Positions 52,077 to 64,000 of a stretch of DNA of 64,000 bases are shown here, piece after piece. The notes under the pieces were generated by a model. That model searched no databases. It was not told the DNA's origin and saw only the letters and a list, made by a program, of their open reading frames with translations. Location: positions 4,526,001 through 4,590,000 of the forward strand of contig CM059433.1 in NCBI GenBank assembly GCA_030390025.1, in the 5' to 3' direction. Position 1 is the stretch's first letter, and the number at the start of each line of letters is the position of its first letter. Source of the stretch: Squalus acanthias. Taxonomy: Eukaryota. Made by a program: the position numbers and the translations under genes.

Positions 52077-53830
52077 GGTCTGAATTTCCGATCGGAGCAT
52101 TCGTGCGGGCGGATGCCTCCGATCGGAAAAAAATCTACACACTTACCTGCTGGCTCCGTAGGTCCCGAGACTTCCGCTCCTGGGCCTCTCCTGGTCCGCG
52201 CGCGCAGAGGCCCAGGTATCCCAGGGGCGCAGGCGGTTCGCAAGTGTCCCTGGGATCACATGGGCCATGGGGAACCAATCAAAGAAGGGAATCCCCTTCA
52301 CACTTTTGACAGGTCTCTCCGCACAGAACTGTCAAAAGTATGAATGGGGATCATTTAAAAAACAGTAAAACATTAAATAAACGTTTTTTTAAAATCACAT
52401 TTAAAATAGATTAAAATGACATTAAATTAAATTAAATATTTTAAACAAAAATTTAATTTTTTGAAAAAAATTTAAGTTTTTTACGGGGCTAAAAATAAAC
52501 TTACCTTTTTTTAAAAAGTATTTTAAAATTATAAGTCAGTGATAACATTTTATTTTTCTATTTTTTTTAAAAAAACTCTCATGCTGGTAAAAGCAGGCCT
52601 TACGCTGCTTTTACCAGGCGTAAGATTTTTGAAGGTTTTCAGCGGGCAGAGGTTCTGCAGAAAGCGAAACTCTTCCCCCCTGCGGAAGCCCTTCTCCAGG
52701 GCAGGCGGAGGATCCGTCAAGAGCATTCTTCACAGATCGGAAGTGCCGGGTTTTAGTGCATACGTTTCGCACGCCTGAAACCGGCACTTGCGAGGCCCCT
52801 ATGGGTGTATAGAAGCATAGCATAGAAGATAGGAGCAGGAGTAGGCCATTCGGCCCCTCGAGCCTGCTCCGCCATTTAATGAGATCATGGCTGATCATCC
52901 AAATTCAGTACCCTGTCCCTGCTTTCTCCCCATATCCCTTGATCCCTTTAGCCTTAAGAAATATATCAATCTCCTTCTTGAATATATTTAATGAATTGGC
53001 CTCCACTGCCTTCTGTGGTAGAGAATTCCACAGGTTCACCACTCTCTGGGTGAAGAAATTCCTCCTCATCTCTGTCCTAAATGGCTTACCCCTTATCCTT
53101 AGACTGTGACCTCTGGTTCTGGACTCCCCTGCCATCGGGAACATCCTTCCTGCATCTAGTCTGTCTAGTCCTGTTAGAATTTTATAAGTTTCAATGAGAT
53201 CCCCTCTCATTCTTCTAAACTCTAGTGAATATAAGCCTAATTGACCCAATCTCTCTTCATACGTCATTCCTGCCATCCCAGGTATCAGTCTGGTGAATCT
53301 TCGCTGCACTCCTTCCATGGCAAGAACATCCTTCCTCAGATAAGGCGACCGAAACTGCACACAATACTCAAGGTGTGGTCTCACCAAGGCCCTGTACAAC
53401 TGCAGCAAGACATCCTTGCTCCTGTACTCGAATCCTCTCGCTGTGAAGGCCAACATACCATTTGCCTTCTTAACCGCCTGCTGCACCTGCATGCTTACCT
53501 TCAGCGACTGGTGCACAAGGACACCCAGGTCTCGTTGCACTTCCCCTTCTCCCAATCTATTGCCGTTCAGATAATAATCTGTCTTCCTGTTTTTGCCACC
53601 AAAGTGGATAACCTTGCATTTATCCACATTATACTGCATCTGCCCAATCACCCAACCTGTCCAAATCATACTGGAGTTTCTCTGCATCCTCCTCACAGCA
53701 CACACGCCCACCCAGCTTTGTGTCGTCTGCAAACTTGGAGATATTACATCTAGTTCCCTCGTCTAGATCATTAATATATATTGTGAATACACAGCCCGTA
53801 CACACCCGTGGGGGACGCAAAATACGGCCC
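52077..53830. mobile_element. Harbinger-like MITE (ATG TSD) with nested CR1
   Basis: GGTCTGAATTT ... AAATACGGCCC, ATG on both sides; AT-rich core similar to 26847-27610. Confidence 0.65.
52810..53790 (-). mobile_element. CR1 LINE 3' portion
   Basis: ORFs 52905..53732 and 53629..53862 (FTIYINDL, FADDTKLG). Confidence 0.93.
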
Positions 53831-54367
53831 ATGAACTTGGAAGGTATATTAATTTGTTTCAATGTACATTAGAATGCAAGAAGAAGAAAAATATAGGGGG
53901 AGAAAATCGACTTGCACCCTAAACGGGCAGCAAGTCAACAGAGTGGTTGCTCGATTTGAACATCGATGCGAGCCCGAGGTCTGAGCGGAATTCAGCATCG
54001 GGCCTCATTTGAATAGAGACAGCGAGCTTCAACAGGCATCTTGATGCAGCTCACCAGTAAAAGCCTGCTGAATTCAGGCCAGCGCAAAACAGGCGGCTGT
54101 CAGTTGAATCTCGCTCCCATAGAATCGGATGACTTTACAACACAGGAGGCCACCACTCGCCCCACTGCGCCTCTGCCAGCGGTCTGAAAGAGTGATCCAC
54201 TTTGTCCCTTTCCCCATATCCTTTTCAATTCTTCTTTTTCAAATATTTACCTATCTCCCTTTTAAAAGTTATTATTTGAATATGTATAGCGAGTAGCTGA
54301 TCAGATATCGCCCGTTTCGCGCCATTGTCCAAAGAAAAAAATAGCCCCACTATTCCAAATTAACTGT

Positions 54368-54790
54368 CAGCTGTGGCTCAGTGGGTAGCACCCTCGCCTC
54401 TGAATCAGAAGGGCCTCGAGCACATAAAGCTAGGCTGACACTCCAGTGCAGTGCTGAGGGAGCGCCGCACTGTCGGAGGTGCCGTCTTTCGGATGAGACG
54501 TTAAACCGAGGCCCCGTCTGCGCTCTCAGAAGAACGTAAAAGATCCCATGGGCACTATTTCGAAGAGGGGAGTTATTCACGGTGTTCTAGCCAATATTTA
54601 TCACTCAATCAACACCATTAAAACAGATTATCTGGTCATTAGCACATTGCTGTTTCTGGGAGCTTGCTGTGCGCAAATTTGCTGCCGATTTTCCTACATT
54701 ACAACAGTGGCTACACTCCAAAGTACTTCATTGGCTGTAAAGCGCTTTGGATGTCTAATGGTCGTGAACATATAAATGTCTTTCTTTCTA
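54368..54790 (+). mobile_element. Deu-domain SINE; internally deleted copy follows at 54887-55030
   Basis: Same head, core and tail as 37199-37655. Confidence 0.83.
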
Positions 54791-55614
54791 AATACGGCCG
54801 AACCAATGTTTGGTACAGGTTTAAGATCATCGCTACACCCCTACTTGTAAAACCTAGGATCTCAAAAGCATTTATTTCACAACTTTACAGAAGGTTGTGG
54901 GTTCAAGTCTCACTCCAGAGACTTGAGCTCAAAAAACGAGGCTGACACTCCAGGGCAGTGCTGAGGGAGCGGTAAAGCGCTTTGGAACATCCGCTGGTCG
55001 TGAAAGGCGCTATATTAATGCAAGTCTTTCTTTTTCTTATCTCTTATCAACTTGTCCTCCCATTTTAAAGATTTGTGCATCTGAACCCGTCTCTCTGCTC
55101 CTCTCCTCCTTTCAAAACTTGACCATTTGGTGTACATTCCCCCGCCTTAGACATTCTCCCAAAATGTATCACCTCGCATTTCTGTGCATTAAATGTCATC
55201 TCCAGCAGCATTGCTCATTGCGACTGTGGAGAGCAGTAAAGATCAATAGAAAGACTTTACAGCATTATGAAAGACTAAGATGAGCATTAATAGAGAGTGT
55301 CACCTTACAATAACACAATGGGGGCGAAATTGGGTGCCTTTGCGCCTCACGTTAGGGGCGTTAACGGCTTTGCGACCGGGCACGGCGCTGACATCGACTC
55401 CCGTGATATTCAGAGGGAGTTTTGCGGCGGCGCTACGGCGTTGCGCCCCGATCTCCTTCGCCCGGAGATCGTGATGTCATCGGCGTGCGCGTCGCCCTGG
55501 ACGCAAAATTGACTTCCGCCCCCTGCAGCAGCGCCGGTCGAAAACACCGACAGCTGCAGGAGGCGTGCATCGGGCGATGATTAAAGACGAGGTGGCTGAG
55601 GTAAGTAAAAAAAA

Positions 55615-55980
55615 ACTTATCATAAATCAATATAATATTGTCTGGTCACAATGTATTGGCATCGGTACCGATGGAGCAAAGTCAGTAACTGGTAGGCATT
55701 GTGGAGCAGTGACGCTCCCAATGCGATGCGGGTGCATTGCAGTATCCACAGGGAAACACTCGCTGCCAAAAGCATGCCTACCAACATGAAGGAGGTGCTG
55801 GACAATGCTGTGAAGATGGTAAACTTTATAAAAGCTCAACCCTTGAATTCCAGAATATTTTTCGCTCTATGTAATGAGATGGGAAGCGAGCAAGTCAATC
55901 TATTGGTCCACACGGAGGTTCGATGGCTGTCACATTGCAAGATCTTGGCACGTTCCTTTGAACTTCACTCCGAGGCCAAG
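55615..55980 (+). mobile_element. hAT (Buster/Charlie-type) transposase fragment
   Basis: CIGIGTDGAKSVTG, HCSIHRE (CxxH), VNFIKAQPLNSRIF, HTEVRWLS in two frames. Confidence 0.88.
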
Positions 55981-55982
55981 TT

Positions 55983-56877
55983 ATGATACAAAGCTGGGTG
56001 GGAATGTAAGTTGTGAGGAGGATGCAAGGAGGCTTCAAGGGGATATAGACAGGCTAAGTGAGTGGGCAAGAACATGGCGAATGGAATATAATGTGGAGAA
56101 ATGTGAAGTTATCCATTTTGGTATGAAAAATAGAAAACTAGAGTATTTTTTAAATGGGAAATGTTGGTGTTCAGATGGGTACACGAATCACTGAAAGTTA
56201 ACATGCAGGTACAGCAAGCAATTAGGAAAACAAATGGTATGTTAGCCTTTATTACAAGAGGATTTGAGCATAAGAGTAAAGACGTCTTACTGCAATTATA
56301 TAGGGCCCTGGTGAGACCACACCTGGAGTATTGTGTACAGTTTTGGTCTCCTTACCTAAGGATGAATATACTTGCCATAGAGGGATTGCAACGAAGGTTC
56401 ACCAGACTGGTTCCTGGGATGGGGGGATTGTCCTATGAGGAGAGATTGAGTAGACTAGGCCTATATTCTCTAGAGTTTAGAAGGAGAGGTGATCTCATTG
56501 AAACATACAAAATTCTTACAGGGCTTGACAGGGTAGATGCAGGGAGGATGTTTCACCTGGGTGGGGAGTCTAGAACCAGGGGTCACAGTCTCAGAATAAG
56601 GGGTCGGCCATTTAGGACTGAGATGAGGAGAAATTTCTTCACTCAGAGGGTGGTGAATCTTTGGAATTCTCCATCCCAGAGGGCTGTGGATGCTCAGTCG
56701 TTGAGTATATTCAAGACAGAGATCGATAGATTTTTGGATATTAAGGGAATCAAGGGATATGGGGATAGTGCAGGAAAGTGGAGATGATGTAGAAGATCAG
56801 CCATGATCTTACTGAATGGCGGAGCAGGCTCGAGGGGCCGAATGGCCCACTCTTGCTCCTATTTCTTATGTTCTTAT
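55983..56877 (+). mobile_element. CR1 LINE 3' portion
   Basis: DTKLGG..., ORF 56161..56787, tail. Confidence 0.93.
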
Positions 56878-56997
56878 TCTTTACAGATCACCCGTTCTGT
56901 ATCATAGTACTATTAAGCCATTGTTTAAGTTGTAAATGTGTATTATAATTTGTACATTTTCCACAATGCTTGGGCATTAAAGGGGTTAAAATATTGT

Positions 56998-57975
56998 CTT
57001 CTTCTTCTTAGGCAGTCCCTCGGAACCGAGGATGACTTGCTTCCACATTAAAAATGAGTTCGCAAGTGACTGCTGAGTCCAATGCGGGACCTACAGTCTC
57101 TGTCACAGGTGGGGCAGACGGTGGTTGAAGGGGCGGGTGGGTGGGGTGCTTGGGTTGACGTGCGCTCCTTGCGCTGCCTGCACTTGGCTTCTGCTTGCTC
57201 CCGGCGAAGTGACTCGAGGTGTTCGGCGCCTTCCCGGATGCTTCTCCTCCACTTTGTGCGGTCTTGGGCCAGGGATTCCCAGGTGTCGGTGGGGATGTTG
57301 CACTTTTTCAAGGAGGCTTTGAGGGTGTCCTTGAAGCGTTTCCTCTGCCCACCTGGGGCTCTCTTGCCGTGTCGGAGCTCCGAGTAGAGCGCTTGTTTTG
57401 GGAGTCTCATATCGGGCATGTGGACAATGTGACCCGTCCATCGGAGCTGATCGAGCATGGTCAAAGCTTCGATGCTGGGGATGTTGGCCTGAGCAAGAAT
57501 ACTGATGTTGGTGCGCCTATCCTGCCAATGGATTTGCAGGATCTTGCGGAGGCAGCGTTGGTGTTACCTCTCCAGTGCTTTGAGGTGCCTGCTGTACATG
57601 GTCCATGTCTCTGAGGCATACAGCAGGGCAGGTATCACTACTGCACTGTAGACCATGAGCTTAGTGCTGGGTTTGAGGTCCTGGTCTTCAAACACTCTCT
57701 TCCTCAGGCGACCGAAGGCTGCACTGGCACACTGAAGGCGGTGTTGGACTTCGTCATTGACGTCTGCCCTTGTTGACAGTAGGCTCCCGAGGTATGGAAA
57801 GTGGTCCACGATGTCCAAGGCCTTGTCGTGGATTTTGATAATCGGGGGGCAGTACTGTGTGGCGGGGGCAGGTTGGTAGAGGACCTTTGTCTTACGGATG
57901 TTTAGTGTAAGGCCCATGCTCTCGTACGCTTCGGTGAAGGTGTTGACGATGGTTTGGAGTTCGACCTCCGAGTGA
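56998..57975 (-). mobile_element. RTE-clade LINE 3' portion
   Basis: QLRWTGH..RLPKQALYSEL, C-terminal CPTCDRDCRSRIGLSSHLRTH, (GAA)n tail. Confidence 0.92.
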
Positions 57976-58496
57976 AATATTGTATGCTGGTAGGGGTACG
58001 CGGGCAGCTGGGAGATCTGGAAGCAGGTGCACAATAAGGAAGGTTTGGGAACCTCTGGCATATGCAAAGGGTCCAACATCTGCTTCAGGCCCCGGGTAAA
58101 GGACTCCCTGTTTGTCCTTACCCAATATGGCGGGCAGCACAGTTCTGTCGAAAGTGCGCATGCCCTTCCCCGCCCGGCATATTGAGGACAGAAGGCCGTG
58201 TAGCGCCTGAAAAACAAGCGTTACACGGCCCAATTCACAGGGCACCGTGCCTATCAATGATTTGGGTACAGGCCTTAGAGGGAGTGGTGTCGACATTTGC
58301 AGATGATTCCAAAAGCAGGAGGTATAGTTAATTCTTTAGAAGACCAAAGGAAACTGCAAAGGGATATTGATAGTTGGGAGGAATGGGCTAAAAAAAATGG
58401 CAGACGGAATTCAATGTCAGTAAGTGTGACAGGCAATCCCAAACAATTATGTTAACTGAAAAAAGGCAAAAAAAAACCTGCAAATGTTGGAAACAA

Positions 58497-58708
58497 ACAA
58501 CAACAACAACTTGTATTTATATGGCGCCTTTAACGTAGTAAAACGTCCCAAGACGCTGCACAGGAGTATTTTAAGACAAAAAATTTGACACCGAGCTACA
58601 TAAGGATAAATTAGGGCAGGTGACCAAAAGCTCTGTCAAAGAGGTAGGTTTTAAGGAGCGTCTTAAAGGAGCAAAGAGAGGTAGCGAGGCACGGAGAGGT
58701 TTAGGGAG
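58497..58708 (-). mobile_element. L2 3' end inserted into a Penelope-like repeat
   Basis: Reverse complement of the 18150-18341 region; (CAA)n. Confidence 0.8.
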
Positions 58709-59409
58709 GAAAAACAGGTCAGTCAGGATCTGTGGAGAGAAAGGACAAGTTAATGTTTTGGGTATAACCCCTCCCCGTCAGAACTGCAATAAAAAAGGAA
58801 CCGCATTTCAGACAGAAAAAGAAGAAAAGGGGGAAGGGGAAAAAAAACCACCCACACGAGAGAGGAAGTAAGGTAGAATGACCTGTAAATGTGCTTAAAA
58901 AGAAAAACAGGAGATCGTTCAACGGCTGAGGTGATATTAACCCCAGATGATAGGAAGAAGCATAATAAAAGGAATTAATGACAAAAGGGAGACAAAGAAT
59001 GTGTGAATAGCTGAGGCGGTGGGGGAGGTCAGTCCAGTCTCACATTGAAACAGGAGAAGCTGGCAAAACAAGACAGGTTTCACTGACCCGAAGGGAAGGA
59101 ACCTGGGCCAACACTGACAACAAGTGTAGACGATGTTTTAATCCTTTCTTCTTCCTCCTTACTTTTTAAAATCCTCTTTATTTATTCAGTTCTGACAAAG
59201 GATTACACCCCCAAAATTCACTCATCTGCTCTCTACAGGGTAACTTAACTCTGGGGAAATCAAGTAAAGCAGGCAGCTTCTGAATTGTGTGCGATGGGCC
59301 TGCTTGTGGGAACTGCCATGAAACCACTGAAAGGGAAACGGTATTTAAAACTTGAAGTGTAGACAGTATCAATCATCTTTTTTTATACACATTTCATTTT
59401 CTCTCTCTC

Positions 59410-59825
59410 TCTTAGGCAGTCCCTCGGAACGGAGGATGACTTGCTTCCACACTAAAAAAATGAGTTCTCAGGTGACTGATGAGTCCAATGCGGGACCTAC
59501 AGTCTCTGTCACAGGTAGGGCAGGCGGTGGTTGAAGGGGCGGGTGGGTGGGGTGCTTGGGTTGACGTGCGCTCCTTCGGCTGTTTGCGCTTGCTCCCGGC
59601 GAAGAGACTCGAGGTGTTCGGCGCCTTCCCGGATGCTTCTCCTCCACTTTGTGCGGTCTTGGGCCAGGGATTCCCAGGTGTCAGTGGGGATGTTGCACTT
59701 TTTCGAGGCGGCTTTGAGGGTGTCCTTGAAGCGTTTCCTCTGCCCACCTGGGGCTCTCTTGCTGTGCCGGAGCTCCGAGTAGAGCGCTTGTTTTGGGAGT
59801 CTCGTATCGGGCATGTGGACGATGT
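59410..59825 (-). mobile_element. RTE-clade LINE 3' end
   Basis: Near-identical to 57007-57430. Confidence 0.9.
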
Positions 59826-59837
59826 GATTTCATTTTA

Positions 59838-60178
59838 TACAACAACAAGTATTTATATAGCGCCTTTAACGTAGTAAAACGTCCCAAGGTGCTTCACAGG
59901 AGTATTTTAAGACAAAAAAATTGACACCGAGCCACATAAGGATAAATTAGGGCAGGTGACCAAAAGCTTGGTCAAAGAGGTAGGTTTTAAGGAGCGTCTT
60001 AAAGGAGGAAAGAGAGGTAGAGAGGCGAAGAGGTTTAGGCAGGGAATTCCAGAGCTTAGGGCCCAGGCAACAGAAGGCACGGCCACCAAAGATTGAGCGA
60101 TTATAATCGGGGATGCTCAAGAGGGCAGAATTAGAGGAGCGCAGATATCTCGGGGGGGTTGTGGGGCTGAAGGAGATG
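59838..60178 (-). mobile_element. L2 LINE 3' end
   Basis: Reverse complement of ~18015-18340. Confidence 0.87.
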
Positions 60179-61253
60179 AAGTTCTATATGACCTCCTTTG
60201 ACATTACCCATCACTCTTTGTTTATCCATTACCTTTACAATCCATGTGGTTTTTAACTGACACATTGTGCACCTTACATTTGTACAGAATTACAGGATGG
60301 AAAAAATCGGAGCATCGAGGCCCCAAATTTAGTGATTGTTTTTGGCGAGCTTGGGGCTCAGAAGCAGTGTACGGACAATTGTGTCAGTGGATTCTGGGAC
60401 AGGACCAATTTCCACAGGTTTTCCCCACACCGTGATTGCATTGCCGTAGCTTCAATCGTCATCTGGGGCCTTCCATGCGTGCGCTTGCCAAAGCTGCTGG
60501 GAGCTCATAAGAATATATTAAAATGCAGATGTTGGAAGCCCAGGACCCCATGAATTGTGCTCCTAGTGCACAAAGAGTAATTCACAACGAGTTAAAAGAG
60601 GCGCACCTGCTGCCAGGATCAGCTGAGACCAGCAGAAGTGCTTTCCATTGGAGCCTGCAGACTGCAGTTACAAAAGAGCATTTAACATGTTCTGATTGGC
60701 CTTGCACCTGGATAGAGCTGGATTTGCCTCGAACAGCGTGCGGGCTTCCAAGACCACGGGGATATTTCTGCCACCACCAACAGGGAGAGATTCTGAGTTC
60801 CAGGTATGAGAATCCGAATGGACATTGACTTGTTTGCAATGTTAATGGAGGAGGAGGAGAAGCAGTACAGGGTGGAGGAAAGGTGGGCTCGGCAGCAGAT
60901 GAGGAGGATGCGACTACCCCACCCCCACCCCACCCAACCCCTCCCCGCCCCTAAAGAGTCACAGGCCACACAGATCTTATGAAGGTTGATGTAAGAAAAC
61001 TACTAGGCACTTGGTCTAAGCGTTAAACAAAGCTTTAATCAGCTGTTTTACAACATGGAGATCTAGTTGTGTCCTTCACTAGTTCCTGTTAAGAATGTCC
61101 CACGCAAGCTGGGCCCGTGCCCGAGTATTTATACTCTCCCTGGACAGCGCCACCTGCAGGCCGCCCAGTATTGTTTCATAAGTCATTTCCACATGAATGA
61201 CAAGATTCATGTCAAAGGTTACATTGAGTACCTCTGCATGAGAAAATCTCATT

Positions 61254-61704
61254 GAAGCGTATAAAATTCTGACAGGGCTAGACAGACTGGATGCAGGGAG
61301 GATGTTTCCCCTTGGCTGGGGGGTCTAGAACGAGGGGTCACAGTCTCAGGATACGGGGTAGGACATTTAGGACTGAGATGAGGAGAAATTTCTTCACTCA
61401 GAGGGTGGTGAACCTGACGAAGGAGCAGCGCTCCGAAAGCTTGTGATTTCAAATAAAGCTGTTGGACTATAACCTGGTGTTGTGCGACTTCTCACTTTTG
61501 TCCACCCCAGTCCAACACCGGCATCTCCGCATGATGGATATATTTAAGAAGGAGATAGATAGATTTCTAGACACAAAAGGCATCAAGGGGTATGGGGAGA
61601 GAGCGGGAATATGGTATTGAGATAGAGGATCAGCCATGATCATATTGAATGGCGGAGCAGGCTCAAAGGGCCGAATGGCCTACTCCTATTTTTCTATGTT
61701 TCTA
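61254..61704 (+). mobile_element. CR1 3' end with a Penelope-like insert at 61417-61536
   Basis: Comparison with 41298-41620 shows ~120 nt replacing ~42 nt. Confidence 0.85.
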
Positions 61705-61708
61705 AAAA

Positions 61709-61882
61709 TATGCTTCACCATTGGCAATAGAGGGGCTGCAGCCGCTCCTATATGAAGACTTGCAGCTAAGATTATCTGCCTGGACTGCTCTGCCTGCGGC
61801 AGTGAAAGTGACAGACCACACTCAATTTCCTTCGCCAGAGGCTCATTTCAAGCAGCCGCTGGGGATCTGTGCAATATCACGG
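61709..61882 (+). mobile_element. Harbinger (HARBI1-like) transposase fragment
   Basis: LLYEDLQ...TALPAAVKVT / TLNF / GSFQAAAGDLCNI across frameshifts. Confidence 0.7.
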
Positions 61883-61930
61883 AGGCATGAAACCGTCGGG
61901 TATCTTGACACACTTCTCAGAAGAGTTAGA

Positions 61931-63383
61931 GGGGGAAAAATTCCTGCACGCCGAGAGAATTGGCAGCGTCACCGGAAACTCGAGTTAACGGCTGCTGAAA
62001 ATGGCCTGCAGCGCTACCGGTGAAAAATTGGCGCTGGGGGTTGGCGACGTGTAGCACAGTGTTAACTTGCCGTGCAAGGCCCTCCTGGTGGCGTTAGTGA
62101 GGCCTCTGACCCGAAGTTCCCGTCCACAGTCGGCGTTGCTGCTTCCTACAGCCTCTGGGAGCGAGGCTGTGGAGCTCGCAAGGCATTGTGGGCAATTAAA
62201 GGGGCCGTGCAGTCAGAGCTAATAAAAATTACAAGGCAGGGAAAAAAAATGCAGCTTTCATCCCTTACTGCCTTTCGAAAAAAAATTCACCATTAAAAAG
62301 CAGTCCCGAATGGGAGTCTTCAGTACTTAAAGCTGAATTCCCTTCCGAACCTCAAAAAATGGGAAAAGTGCTTCAGCACCAACACAAATGGCTCAGCAAG
62401 CCAGGGAAGGGGCACCCAGGGTCTCGGACGCAGCACTCCAGCTTTGTGCAGGGGGTCAACACTGGAAGAGAGGTCCTCTACCCACAGGGGCCAGGAGGCC
62501 CTCCAGAAAGAATGATGTGGGACCAGATCACTGAGACCGTCACTGCCAGCAGTGTCGCCCCGACCCCCTGGCTCCAGTGCCCAAAGAAGCTTCATGACCT
62601 CAAGACCACTGGTCAAGGTCAGTGAATGTATCTTCAAAAGCCGTCTCCTACCAACTGAACCATTAGTCTCACACACTGCTCAATCCACGACCCCCAATCA
62701 CTCACCTACCAACAATATGCACCAATCACGAGGCACATCTCCCATTCCTAGATTCACCTCACCCCCTTGGAGGAGACGGTGCAGGCTATTCTTGGCAGGG
62801 CCATGGCTGAGCCCTTGGCCAGCGGCGGGGCTGAAAGGATAAAAGATGCTGGTATCCTCACACAGTATCCTCCTTCTGGCCCTCCCCTCACAACACACCC
62901 AAGAAATGCTGCCTGCTCAGCCAGTGGGTGATGAAAAAGAGGGAGAGGAGAGTGAAGAAGAAGATTGATTTGACACTCCCAGCCACCAGCTCCTCAAGGT
63001 CGACCAGCAAGGCCATTTGCAGTGTCCCCACTGAAAGTCAGCAGCCGTCCACCAGCCACGCTGCATGCACTGGGGTAGCACTGCATGACATCAGTAAGAT
63101 AGGCAAAGGCACACACAAGACAGTCACTAAGAAAATGCATACGGGCGATGAGTTAATTTCTTGATGTCATATTGCATGGATAAAGTTGAATTGGAAAGTT
63201 TGCTTTGTGGTGGCTTTTATTGCACGCCGACTGACTTCACCAGTCCGCCATTTTTTTTGGCAGGACGCGAATACTTTGCGGGGACGTCCAAAATGGAGGA
63301 TGTCACAGGACTTGCCACCAACTGGCGAAAGCAGCCATTTTTTGACAGTAACGGGTGGCGTAAAGCCCCCAAATTTTTCGCCC
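61931..63383 (+). mobile_element. Harbinger-like element with Myb/SANT-like ORF relic, AGA TSD
   Basis: GGGGGAAAAATT ... AATTTTTCGCCC, AGA on both sides; APRVSDAAL / REVLYP / WDQI..V...WLQCPKKLHDL then AAG|GTCAGT. Confidence 0.75.
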
Positions 63384-63736
63384 AGAGAATTAATTTAGTT
63401 TGGCATGACAGCCAGGCAGCAGTGTGATAGAGCCATATAGTTTTATCACATTACTGGCTTCTCCAATGTGCAGAGTACAATAGCTGGCAAGTATGTAGTA
63501 TTATGAGCACCAACCAGTAACCCCCTCAACTATCATAATAGGAAGGGGTAACCACATGCTGATTGCATCTGGTTACACACAATCTGGACGAAGAATCATT
63601 CATGAGGGTATGGTAGTGTAGTGGTTATGTTACTGGAGTGGTAATCTAGTGCCCTGGACTAATAATCCAGAGAATGCAAGTTCAAATCCTATCATGGCAG
63701 TTTCAGAATTTGAATTCAGCTTTAAAAAAAAAATAC

Positions 63737-64000
63737 CACCACAAGAGTGCCAGGCAATGACCATCTCCAACAAGAGAAAGTCTAACCACATCTCCTTGAT
63801 ATTCAATGGCATTTACATCGCTGAATCCCCCACCATCAACATCATGGGGGTGGGGCGGTCACCATTGGCCAAAAACGCAACTGGACCAGCCACATAAATG
63901 TCCTGGCTACTACAGCAGGTCAGAGGCTGGCTATCCTGGAGCGAGTGTTTCACCTCCTGACTCCCCAAAGCCTTTCCACCATCTACAAGGCACAAGTAAG
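63737..64000 (+). mobile_element. LINE family B fragment
   Basis: Matches ~2595-2840. Confidence 0.8.

Noticed and set aside
59178..59372. Next upstream GREB1 exon
   Set aside because: Lacks the expected ...LLLSGPPQ ending and shows no GREB1 similarity.
1..64000. Perfect estrogen response element GGTCAnnnTGACC
   Set aside because: Only half-sites noticed by eye; not an exhaustive scan.

Overview
Eukaryotic genomic DNA, most likely from a cartilaginous fish (shark), inferred from the repeat landscape (CR1 LINEs, Deu-domain SINEs, RTE, L2, Penelope, Harbinger MITEs). The only host gene I can support is the 3' part of GREB1 on the minus strand. It has 11 coding exons between 51939 and the stop at 15273-15275, all with GT/AG junctions and compatible phases, splicing to 1803 nt (600 aa + stop). 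I did not find upstream exons in the window. Most of the rest is intron or 3' flank packed with nested, decayed transposons, and most ORF-track entries are TE remnants or noise. Notable structures: (1) a ~42-copy, 21/22-bp CpG-rich minisatellite of phased CCAAT boxes in a GREB1 intron; (2) a 542-bp fold-back made of two CR1 tails around a MITE end; (3) a ~110-bp segment present twice, each copy hit by a different transposon at nearly the same base; (4) Harbinger-type elements with non-TAA 3-bp TSDs; (5) Penelope-type hammerhead cores; (6) inverted, near-identical CR1 copies bracketing a 1299-nt in-frame exon block. No new multi-gene system is demonstrated; functional ideas are hypotheses. TE boundaries are approximate unless a TSD is quoted.
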